From NCBI GenBank assembly GCA_002728675.1, contig PBVL01000058.1, positions 2,232-57,381 on the forward strand: a stretch of 55,150 nt of DNA, written 5' to 3'. Source of the DNA: Gammaproteobacteria bacterium (lineage in GTDB: Bacteria; Pseudomonadota; Gammaproteobacteria; Pseudomonadales; Azotimanducaceae). The notes under the pieces were generated by a model. It saw only the letters and a program-made list of their open reading frames with translations, had not been told where the DNA came from and made no database searches. The stretch's first letter is position 1. Every line of letters begins with the position of its first letter. Shown one piece after another: positions 9,253-17,086 of this stretch. A program made the translations under genes and the position numbers.

Positions 9253-10043
9253 GTCGCCCCCAGGCCCACAGTGTTGTCGTTGTCTTCCGCACCCGAAGAA
9301 GCGGCGCGTTCAAGCTGGTCGATGGTACCACTTGAGTCAAGAAAACTGCGGGTTCTGGGCGCCCCGCCCCCACGCGCCACCAGCGCATGCAGGTCCCGGG
9401 GAAAGTCCACGTCCAGCCCCACGCCTTCCAGCATCAGCGTCACTGGCGTGATACCTGCCTCGCGGGCAATTGTCATGTGTTTACGGTAACTGTCGAGGCC
9501 GAACGCGAACCGCATGCACCCGGGCGGCGCGGTCAGAAGCAGATTGGTGCCCCCGAGATCCTCCGCAGGAGCAACGATCATCCGGGAGCCTTCCTGAGCG
9601 CGCCGGTAGGCATCAATGGCGGCCGCGAGTTCGGCGGTGGTCGCAAGCGGAATGTCGGCAGGGAGAAACACCATCGCCGCAGCCTTCGAGGCCCGCAGCC
9701 ACGCCCCGGTTTCGGTAACCGCCGGTATGAGACCCCGTGTCTCCGGTTCCGGGCGGATCAATGCCCCGAAGCGAGCCGCCAGTTCGCGTACTTCAGCGTC
9801 GTCGGTGAGGACCACGCAGCCGTCGAGCGCATCGCACGACGTCGCAACCTCGAGCACGTCCCCAACCATCGCGCGAAACAACCCTGAGCGTTGCGAGGAC
9901 GACAGCAGCCCGGCGAGGCGCTGCTTTGCATCCGCAATCTGCTTGATGGGGATCACGGCATAGATGCCGCCGGCGCGGACTCCCGCCTGCGTGGCGGCGC
10001 CGTCGGGTTGCACGCAGTCCTGCTCTGGATCGGTTCCGGTCAT
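9249..10043 (-). CDS. cofC: phospho-acid guanylyltransferase of F420 biosynthesis (CofC/FbiD)
   Basis: ORF 9249-10151. Core IYAVIPIK....AKQRL...L...R..L..AM..DVL and GGTN are CofC-like. Start uncertain: ATG 10043, GTG 10082, or TTG 10151 (which overlaps cofD by 23 nt). Confidence 0.8.
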   Translation of the reverse strand: MTGTDPEQDCVQPDGAATQAGVRAGGIYAVIPIKQIADAKQRLAGLLSSSQRSGLFRAMVGDVLEVATSCDALDGCVVLTDDAEVRELAARFGALIRPEPETRGLIPAVTETGAWLRASKAAAMVFLPADIPLATTAELAAAIDAYRRAQEGSRMIVAPAEDLGGTNLLLTAPPGCMRFAFGLDSYRKHMTIAREAGITPVTLMLEGVGLDVDFPRDLHALVARGGGAPRTRSFLDSSGTIDQLERAASSGAEDNDNTVGLGAT

Positions 10044-10128
10044 GGGCTCGGGCCGCGGTGATTGCAGAAGAACCGGGGGCACGCGGCGTATTCCCGGGAA
10101 GGAGGTGAGCGCTTCAGGCTCGCAGCCC

Positions 10129-11085
10129 CTAAGCTCGTAGAGAGGCGGCAAACGCCAGGGTATCGCGCGCCAGTTGCTCTCGGTCGGCCAACGTTACCAT
10201 GACGGTCTGCGTCACAGTAGCGGCGGGCCCTGCTTCCCGCACCAAATCGGCACTGTCCAGATCAGCCTCATCAATCACCAGACCATCGATGCGACCTGCG
10301 TAGTGACGCGCCACCGAGACGGGGTCCCGGGGCATGCCCAATTCATCCATCATCTTCGCTGCGGGCCCCTTGAGCGCCTGGCCACCGACGATCGGCGACA
10401 CCGCGACGACCGGCGCGTCACTGCCGTCGAGAGCAGCCTGCACGCCGGGCAGCTTCAGCACGGGATCGACTGAAACGAACGGATTCGACGGACAGATCAC
10501 CACGCAATCGAGGTCGCTGCGCGCAAGCGCGTCGGCAAACCCCGCCGCCGGTGCCGCGCGCTCAATCCCTTCGAAGCGAAACCCCGCGACGACCGGCTCA
10601 CACTGATCGCGGACGAAGTAGTGCTGAAACGCGAGGTCGCCACCGTCCTTCAGTTCGACGATCGTCGGCACGGGATCGTCGCTCATGGGCACGATCGGAT
10701 GCGCCACGCCCAGCCGGCGGCAGAGATCTCCGGTCACCGTCGAGAGGCTGCGGCCCTCGGCGAGCCAGCGCGTGCGCGTGATGTGCGTTGCGAGATCCCG
10801 GTCGCCAAGCCGGAACCAATCCTCACCGCCCAGCGCGCTCAAGGCGTCAAGGAAATTCCAGCTCTCTCCGGCGAGGCCCCAACCGGCCTCTTTGTTGGAG
10901 AGGTCCGCAAGGGTGTACATCACCGTATCGAGGTCGGGGCAGATCGTGAGACCAAGGTGCGTGAAATCGTCGCCCGTGTTAGCGACGATCGTCAGCCTGT
11001 CGGGGGGCAGAATCCGCGACAGGCCAAGCGCGAGCTTGGCCCCGCCAACTCCGCCAGACAGGGCCACCACGTGTCCATCAGCCAT
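10129..11085 (-). CDS. cofD: 2-phospho-L-lactate (or analogue) transferase, F420-0 synthase
   Basis: 318-aa ORF. N-terminal VVALSGGVGGAKLALGL and the ICPSNPFVSVDPVL motif are typical of CofD/FbiA. Confidence 0.9.
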   Translation of the reverse strand: MADGHVVALSGGVGGAKLALGLSRILPPDRLTIVANTGDDFTHLGLTICPDLDTVMYTLADLSNKEAGWGLAGESWNFLDALSALGGEDWFRLGDRDLATHITRTRWLAEGRSLSTVTGDLCRRLGVAHPIVPMSDDPVPTIVELKDGGDLAFQHYFVRDQCEPVVAGFRFEGIERAAPAAGFADALARSDLDCVVICPSNPFVSVDPVLKLPGVQAALDGSDAPVVAVSPIVGGQALKGPAAKMMDELGMPRDPVSVARHYAGRIDGLVIDEADLDSADLVREAGPAATVTQTVMVTLADREQLARDTLAFAASLRA

Positions 11086-11100
11086 GACGATGAGCGCCGC

Positions 11101-11880
11101 TCACCTGAAGAGATCCATGTCACGCGGCCGGATGAGCGGCTGTACACCGCGCTGATCCATGGCTTCCGGCTCGCGGGGTGCATACCCGCGTACGAGCACG
11201 ACCGGGGTTTTCTCGTCGGTCTGGCCCATGACCAGAGACGCGCCCGCCGCCATTTCATCCGCGGCACCCACCTGCGTGACGACCAGTTCCCGGCCGAAGA
11301 TGTCCTGTCCGCCGATGTGGTCTTCGAGCGCGGTGAACCCGGCAACGCCGATGGCAAGTCCGAGCGATCCGTTGCGCCAGGCGCGCCCGATGCTGTCGTT
11401 GATGATCACCCCAACCCGGACACCGAGCCGGGTTGCAACCGCTTCGCGCAAGGCTCTTGCGCTCGCATCCGGATCTTCCGGGAGGAGCAGACAGATCGCT
11501 TCGGGATCGTCGGCATCACCCTCGATGTTCGACTGATCGATGCCAGCGTTCGCCTGCACGAAGCCGAGTCTGTGTTCGACGATCAGCACGCCGGGTCGCT
11601 TGCGGACAACCTCGACGGATTCGTCGAGGATCGCCTGCACCTTGCGAGGCTCTTTGTCGACCTCTGCACCGAGCGCAACCGCCTCCGCAGACGGTTCGAC
11701 CGTCCGCAGATCGAGGTAGCGGTCTTCCGCCTTGGACACGATCTTCTGGGCGAGGACCAGGACGTCACCATCCTGAATCGTCTCGCCGATCGTGGCGAGC
11801 CCGGCGTTGATCAGTTCGAGCAGGTCGTCACCGGGTTCCACCATCGGAATCCCGGGTATACCGATGAAGGCGAGTTGCAT
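11101..11880 (-). CDS. cofE: coenzyme F420-0:L-glutamate ligase (stand-alone CofE, no FbiB nitroreductase domain)
   Basis: 259-aa ORF. PGDDL...I......DGDVLV.AQKIVSKAE, ANAGID.SN and NDS.GRAWR.G motifs of CofE. Confidence 0.9.
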   Translation of the reverse strand: MQLAFIGIPGIPMVEPGDDLLELINAGLATIGETIQDGDVLVLAQKIVSKAEDRYLDLRTVEPSAEAVALGAEVDKEPRKVQAILDESVEVVRKRPGVLIVEHRLGFVQANAGIDQSNIEGDADDPEAICLLLPEDPDASARALREAVATRLGVRVGVIINDSIGRAWRNGSLGLAIGVAGFTALEDHIGGQDIFGRELVVTQVGAADEMAAGASLVMGQTDEKTPVVLVRGYAPREPEAMDQRGVQPLIRPRDMDLFR

Positions 11881-11884
11881 CGCG

Positions 11885-12559
11885 CTATTCTCCGGACACG
11901 GGCTCGCCGGTGATCGTGATGCCGGACCCTTCGATTTTGTGATGACGGTTGATGGTGATCAGGACCGACGTGAGCGCCTCCGCCGCCGACGCGTTGGCAA
12001 GCGGCCCGGCGTGCCAGCCCTTCAGGCCCGCCGCCTCGACCAGTTCGATCACCTTGTCCCGTGCGGCCCGTTTGTTGCCCGTGACCAGCACGTCGCAAGC
12101 AATGGCATGATCTTCGCGGAGATGCTGTGCGCCGACGTTCTGGAAGGCGGAAACCACCTGCACGTCCTCACCAAGGCAATCCTGGGCCATTTCGGCCGCG
12201 GAACCGCGTTCGGGCATCTGTACGGTCCCCACTTTTGGCGGAACCAGCGGTACGGTGACATCCACGAGGACCTTGCCGACGAGACCGGGTTTCACGACTT
12301 CGAGCGTGCTGACCTGGTGCGCAAACGGTACGGTCAGCACGACGATGTCAGCCTGAGTCGCCGCATCGAGGTTCTCCATGCCGGTGACGTTGAGGTCTGC
12401 AAACTCGGCAAGCAGGTCCGCCGCCGCCTGCTGGCCCTTCTCCAGCGTCCTCGAGCCGATGATGATCGTATAGCCCGCCCGCGACCAGCGACGCGCAAGA
12501 CCGCCTCCTAGATCGCCAGTTCCGCCCAGAATAGCGATGGTTTCTTTCGCGTCCGACAT
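11885..12559 (-). CDS. npdG: NADPH-dependent F420 reductase (Fno/NpdG)
   Basis: ORF 11885-12712. The homologous part begins at the internal ATG (MSDAKETIAILGGTGDLGGGLA...), which has the Fno-type dinucleotide fold motif. 4-nt gap to cofE. Confidence 0.85.
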   Translation of the reverse strand: MSDAKETIAILGGTGDLGGGLARRWSRAGYTIIIGSRTLEKGQQAAADLLAEFADLNVTGMENLDAATQADIVVLTVPFAHQVSTLEVVKPGLVGKVLVDVTVPLVPPKVGTVQMPERGSAAEMAQDCLGEDVQVVSAFQNVGAQHLREDHAIACDVLVTGNKRAARDKVIELVEAAGLKGWHAGPLANASAAEALTSVLITINRHHKIEGSGITITGEPVSGE

Positions 12560-12600
12560 TGTGTTGCACCGTATGACAGGGGCCGCGGAGTATACAGTCG

Positions 12601-13206
12601 TCAGAAGCCGGCCGCGCGGTCCAACCGGCTGTGAAGCAACGTCACGCACTGTGAGGCAAAGAGTGTTGTCGGCCCAAGCGCGAGCGGCTGCGCCCCCAGG
12701 CGCCGGAGCCAACGGGCCGTATTACGCGGCAGCGGCGTGTGATCCGTCAGGACGAACGTGGGGTCCGGGACATCGGTGAGGCCCTCGATGTCGTCTCCGC
12801 GTCGATCCAGAAGGTAGAGCGGACCGGCCCCGGCAAGCTCCTTCACGAAGTGCTCGAAACTCGTCGCACGCACTTCGACCCCCGCATCGGTCCGCAGCGA
12901 GCCGTCCTTGGGAAGCGCCCGCGCGGCATCCAGGGGGCCTGCAACCGCTTCCACCAGCGCGGCCTCGGTGAGTCCGGGCAGCGTCCCGATGACGCCACCG
13001 TCGAACGTCACCACGCGCGAAAAGTCCTGCGAGCGCTCGAGCACCAGGTGCACCACGGTGTCGGAGCGGTGTCCCTGTGCCACGAACAGGGCGTCGACAA
13101 GGATGCGCACCAGAAACTCGACTCGCGGGCCCTGGCCCACCGCCGCGCGGAACGCGGCGGCCTCGGTTGGCGCGGAGCGCGCCTTGATGACGAATCGCCT
13201 TGTCAC
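12601..13206 (-). CDS. TrmY-like (DUF358) SPOUT-superfamily protein, function unknown in bacteria
   Basis: ORF 12601-13362. The N-terminal 52 aa of the long ORF are low-complexity G/P/R. The in-frame GTG at 13206 gives a 201-aa product (V)TRRFVIKARSAPT...FLVRILVDALFVAQGHRSDTVVHLVL...PTFVLTDHTPL...LFASQCVTLLHSRLDR. This follows the block order I recall for archaeal TrmY (Mj1640). First gene of the F420 operon. Confidence 0.6.
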   Translation of the reverse strand: MTRRFVIKARSAPTEAAAFRAAVGQGPRVEFLVRILVDALFVAQGHRSDTVVHLVLERSQDFSRVVTFDGGVIGTLPGLTEAALVEAVAGPLDAARALPKDGSLRTDAGVEVRATSFEHFVKELAGAGPLYLLDRRGDDIEGLTDVPDPTFVLTDHTPLPRNTARWLRRLGAQPLALGPTTLFASQCVTLLHSRLDRAAGF

Positions 13207-13456
13207 TGCCCCACCCCCCAGGCGCCAGGATTGTCGGCTTGTCTTCCAACCCGGGCCAGGCCCCGTGCCCCTGCATGCCTCAGGCCCCCGTTCGCGTGCA
13301 GGGGCGCCCCGTCCGGGAGGGCCTGACGCCTGCTGATCCGGCGCCTGAGCCACTGTCCGCATCGGGTCGATCTCGCACAGGTTTCCGGTTCTGCGGCCGG
13401 GTTACGGGCCTGCCGGCGGTTCCCTGGCGCGGTCGGCAGACGTTTTCCACATTTTC

Positions 13457-13465
13457 TGTGGATAA
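13457..13465 (-). promoter_or_regulatory. perfect DnaA box (TTATCCACA on the minus strand)
   Basis: The plus strand reads TGTGGATAA at 13457-13465. A second, same-orientation 8/9 box TGTGCATAA lies at 13646-13654. Both sit in the AT-richer 0.9 kb intergenic island. Confidence 0.35.
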
Positions 13466-13738
13466 CTCTGGTGATAAGCCTCTCCAAAGTGCCCGAAACC
13501 CCCGCTACACGGGCTTTGAGCAAGTTTGTACATTTTTTACACAGATGGAACATTGTCTTATAAATCAGCCACCTATCGATTAAGCATATGGAGAAGCGGC
13601 AAAGATCGCCGGGCGAACCGTTCGTCTGTCGGTTTTTTCGACGCGTGTGCATAAGTACTTGGACAAATCGGCGCAAAAACCCTGATTTTGCAGTGGAAAC
13701 GGGCTTAATGGTGTCAAAATCTCGACATCTGACCCTAC

Positions 13739-13771
13739 TTGACAACTTTCCGCGTCCTGTAAAACAGGGGG
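13739..13771 (+). promoter_or_regulatory. possible sigma70-type promoter (TTGACA -35) facing the acyl-CoA synthetase gene
   Basis: TTGACA at 13739-13744, followed after 15 nt by TAAAAC. The -10 match is weak. Purely sequence-based. Confidence 0.2.
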
Positions 13772-14147
13772 CCAAACCGCCGTCGCTTGTACGCGTTCTC
13801 TTACACACCACCTTGCGCGTCCTCGCCGCGCGTTCGATCCGCGCAGAGCGCGGTCCGTACCGTCGTACTCAACAACCCGACGCCCCCAGCGGGGCCACAT
13901 TGTGCATCCACCGGCTTACGATTCCGCCAGAGGACTCTGCCGTCGTTGCCCAAACGGTGAGGACCGGCAGGTGCCCGGGCGGACAGTACGCGCTCATTCT
14001 TCGAAAAAAACCCGGGATATCGCCACCGAATGGCCACACTACCGGCACAATGATGTCACTTGAACCATCAGCGCTGCACCGGAGCCGCGACCTGACCCCA
14101 AGTCAAAAACGGTACACTTGCCCACGATTGAACGGGACCGACACACG

Positions 14148-15938
14148 ATGAGCATTGCCGACATTCTGGGTGACCTCAAAGTTCTCTACACCGCTGCCAC
14201 ACGCAAAGCACCTGACGGCAACTCCGCCGAGTCGTTTGGCCTGATGATCGCGCAGAACGCGTCGCGGTGGCCGAACGAGACGGCGCTCATCTGTGAGGAC
14301 GAGTCGGTGACCTGGCAGGAACTGAACTCGCGCGCCAACCATGTCGCAAGTGAACTGCGCGCAAAGGGCATTGGCGCGGGCGACTGCGTCGCACTGTTCA
14401 TGCAGAACCGGATCGACTTCGTCGCGACGCTGGGCGGGATCGTCAAGCTCGGCGCGGTCGCGGGATTGATCAACACCAACCTGACCCGTGCGCCGCTCGC
14501 CCACTGCATCAAGCTCATCGAGTCCAAGGCGTGTATCTTCGGTGAAGAACTGACGGAAGCGCTGAATGAGATTCGCGATGAACTGAGTCTCAGGGGCGGC
14601 GAGGACTACCTGTACGTCGCCGACGAAGGCAACACCCCACCGCCCAACTGGGCGACAGGCCTCGACACGCACGGGTCCAGTCCCTCGAGCCCGACCGAGA
14701 CGGCGAGCGTTCGGTTGAAAGACACCGCGTTCTACATCTTCACATCCGGTACGACCGGGCTGCCGAAAGCCGCGGTCGTCTCCCACAAGCGGGTGATGCC
14801 GGCTGCGATGATGTCCGCGACAATGTTGCAGCGGATCGATCAGAAAGACCGCATGTACAACTGTCTGCCCCTGTATCACGGGACCGGACTCATCATCGGT
14901 ATGGCGTCCGCGTTCGCTGTTGGCGCATCAACGGTCATCAAACGCAGGCTGTCCGTGAGCGCGTTCTGGGACGACATCCGTCAGCACAACTGCACCTCAT
15001 TCGTATACATCGGCGAGTTCATCCGCTATCTGCTCTCACGGCCAGAGCATCCCTCCGATGCTGACAACCCCGTCCGCACAATCGTTGGGAACGGCCTCCG
15101 GCCGGACATCTGGCAGGACTTCAAGGAGCGTTTTGCGATTGACCGGATTGGCGAGTTCTATGCCGCAAGCGAAGGCAACGGCGGCTTTGCGAACCTGTTC
15201 AACAAGGACGCCACCGTCGGTTTGCCCATCGCCCCCTGTGCGCTGATCGCCTACGACGTTGCACAAGACGAGATCGTTCGGGGATTGGACGGCCTTTGCC
15301 AACGAGTTCCCGAAGGGGCGGCGGGACTGCTGCTGATCGAGGTGACCGGAAAGTCAGAGTTCGAGGGCTACACCAGCGCGGAGGCGAGCGAGAAGAAACT
15401 GTTGCGCAACGTGTTCGAGCAGGGCGACGTCTGGTTCAACAGCGGCGACCTGATGAAGATCGTCGACGTCGGTTTCGCGTACGGACAGAAGCACTACCAG
15501 TTTGTCGACCGGGTCGGCGACACCTTTCGCTGGAAGAGCGAGAACGTGTCGACCAACGAGGTGGGCGAGATCGTTAACCAGCATCCCGATATCATTTTCA
15601 CCAACGTCTATGGCGTAACGATTCCGGGCACCGACGGTCGCGCCGGCATGGCAGCCATAGTGTTTCGCGACGACCTCGGAAAACCGGATCTCGAGGCCAT
15701 CTCAGCCCATGTGCGCGACAACCTGCCCAGCTATGCGCAACCGATATTCCTGCGCATACTGAAGGAACTGCCGACGACGTCCACACACAAGCTGCAGAAG
15801 AACGATCTGCGGGATCAGGCGTTTCATCTCGACAAGACGGGCGATGACCTCTACGTGATGCGCCCCCGCGAGACCGTCTATACGCGTCTCGACAGTGACT
15901 ACTACGATCAGATCATGCGTCGTGAAGTGGCTTTCTGA
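14148..15938 (+). CDS. FATP/FadD6-type long-chain acyl-CoA synthetase
   Basis: ORF 14118-15938 (TTG). The ATG at 14148 gives MSIADILGDLK... AMP-binding motif YIFTSGTTGLPKAAVVSH plus the FATP-like C-terminal GDTFRWKSENVST motif. Confidence 0.85.
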   Translation: MSIADILGDLKVLYTAATRKAPDGNSAESFGLMIAQNASRWPNETALICEDESVTWQELNSRANHVASELRAKGIGAGDCVALFMQNRIDFVATLGGIVKLGAVAGLINTNLTRAPLAHCIKLIESKACIFGEELTEALNEIRDELSLRGGEDYLYVADEGNTPPPNWATGLDTHGSSPSSPTETASVRLKDTAFYIFTSGTTGLPKAAVVSHKRVMPAAMMSATMLQRIDQKDRMYNCLPLYHGTGLIIGMASAFAVGASTVIKRRLSVSAFWDDIRQHNCTSFVYIGEFIRYLLSRPEHPSDADNPVRTIVGNGLRPDIWQDFKERFAIDRIGEFYAASEGNGGFANLFNKDATVGLPIAPCALIAYDVAQDEIVRGLDGLCQRVPEGAAGLLLIEVTGKSEFEGYTSAEASEKKLLRNVFEQGDVWFNSGDLMKIVDVGFAYGQKHYQFVDRVGDTFRWKSENVSTNEVGEIVNQHPDIIFTNVYGVTIPGTDGRAGMAAIVFRDDLGKPDLEAISAHVRDNLPSYAQPIFLRILKELPTTSTHKLQKNDLRDQAFHLDKTGDDLYVMRPRETVYTRLDSDYYDQIMRREVAF

Positions 15939-15941
15939 ACC

Positions 15942-16826
15942 TTGAGCATCACAGCGGACAAGCGTCCAACCTCACACTCCTACTTCTCGCAACGCCTGCG
16001 CCTGCACTACCTGGACTGGGGCAACCCTGATGCGCCGCACGTGCTGCTCATTCACGGCGTGCAGGACCATTGCCACAGCTGGGACTGGGTCGCGCGGGAG
16101 TTGGCGACCGACTACCACGTCGTTGCACCGGACCTGCGCGGGCACGGCGACTCCGAGTGGGCCATGGGCGGCAGCTACGCCTACGTCGATTTCGTCTTCG
16201 ATCTCATTCAACTCGTTGACCAGGAGCAACTGCATCCGGTCCACGTGGTTGGTCATTCGTTCGGAGGCGCGCTCGCGTGCCTGTTCGCGGGACTGTTTCC
16301 CGACAAGACCGCAAGCCTCGTGTCGGTCGAAGGCATTGGCGGGCACCCCGCATTCGACTCCCGCGGTGAACCACGCAAGCGCATCCTCGACTGGATCGAC
16401 CACACCCGCAGTCTCGCCGGCCGCCAGCCGCGCCGCTACGAGTCAATGCGTGACGCACAGGCTCGAATGCAGGCCACCAACACCCACCTTTCGGAAGAAC
16501 AGGCCCACCATCTCACCGCGCACGGCAGTAACCGGAACGAGGACGGCACGTTTACCTGGAAATTCGACAACTACACGCACTCGCACGCGCCCTATCACAT
16601 CCCTCTCAGCGACACCTTGAAACTGTGGGAGCAGATCGCCTGTCCCACGTTGCTGCTGAACTCCGACAACGGCTACAGCCACCGAACGGGTCAGAACGAC
16701 TCGCTCAAGCATTTCCATCATGCGGAACTGGCAGTTGTCGAGGGCGCCGGGCACTGGCTGCATCACGACCAGCTCCGCATCTTCATGGAACGGGTGCAGG
16801 CTTTCCTGGTGCGAGTCTCCGGCTGA
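15942..16826 (+). CDS. alpha/beta-fold hydrolase
   Basis: 294-aa ORF (TTG start 3 nt after the upstream stop). HGVQDH..SW...A..L, nucleophile elbow GHSFGG, C-terminal GAGHWLHHD. Confidence 0.85.
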   Translation: MSITADKRPTSHSYFSQRLRLHYLDWGNPDAPHVLLIHGVQDHCHSWDWVARELATDYHVVAPDLRGHGDSEWAMGGSYAYVDFVFDLIQLVDQEQLHPVHVVGHSFGGALACLFAGLFPDKTASLVSVEGIGGHPAFDSRGEPRKRILDWIDHTRSLAGRQPRRYESMRDAQARMQATNTHLSEEQAHHLTAHGSNRNEDGTFTWKFDNYTHSHAPYHIPLSDTLKLWEQIACPTLLLNSDNGYSHRTGQNDSLKHFHHAELAVVEGAGHWLHHDQLRIFMERVQAFLVRVSG

Positions 16827-17025
16827 CTCCACCCCTGCCGAGCCGGATGCCCTGAGGACAGGCGTTTCGCGACTTCGTCCGGACGTTCGTGACCGCCGCC
16901 GCGTTGGCAGTGGTCATGATGGATCCGGGGAACGCGGTGTGGTGGCAGATGCCGGTGGCTTCGAAACTCACGCCGGCGACGTACAATTTTCATCGCGCGA
17001 CACGTCATGGGTGCGCTGCTGAAAG

Positions 17026-17080
17026 CAGCCGGAGGCCGGCTGACCAGGGGGGCGGCGGCGCTCCGGGCCGGGCGCCGCCC
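17026..17080. terminator. two GC-rich hairpins in the convergent spacer (possible bidirectional terminator)
   Basis: CAGCCGG-AGG-CCGGCTG (17026-17042, perfect 7 bp) and GGGCGGCG...CGCCGCCC (17050-17080) lie between two convergent stop codons. No clear U-tract. Confidence 0.3.
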
Positions 17081-17086
17081 GCTCCG

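Noticed and set aside
10621-11913. 430-aa plus-strand ORF. Similar long antisense ORFs occur at 22421-23425, 25910-27151, 37745-38662, 43005-44084 and 53497-54648.
   Set aside because: Each lies opposite a gene with strong family motifs (cofD/cofE, GPH transporter, rhodanese, MBL-cNMP protein, GATase, AI-2E transporter). Each translates to low-complexity R/H/D/G-rich sequence.
12601-13362. Full-length 253-aa version of the TrmY-like ORF starting at ATG 13362
   Set aside because: The extra 52 residues (MRTVAQAPDQQASGPPGRGAPARERGPEAC...) are low-complexity. TrmY-type proteins begin right at the R.F.I block, so the GTG at 13206 fits the family length better. The longer start cannot be excluded without data.
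13440-13760. Chromosomal replication origin (oriC)
   Set aside because: There is only one perfect and one 8/9 DnaA box. I see no cluster of AT-rich 13-mers and no GATC enrichment. The flanking genes (F420 operon, acyl-CoA synthetase) are not the usual origin neighbours such as dnaA, gidA/mioC or rpmH. I kept it only as a DnaA-box observation.
13793-13851. tRNA-like element: 7-bp acceptor-like pairing (GCGTTCT/AGAGCGC) plus a T-arm-like hairpin GCGCG-TTCGATC-CGCGC
   Set aside because: It spans only 59 nt in total, with no room for D and anticodon arms and no CCA context. It is most likely a chance GC-rich hairpin and is not reported as a tRNA.
13203-14151. Track ORFs 13203-13811 (-), 13580-13900 (-) and 13588-14151 (+) inside the long spacer
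   Set aside because: The translations are Arg/Cys/Thr-rich and lack any motif. The region is AT-richer than coding DNA here and shows no codon periodicity that I can see. I treat it as non-coding.
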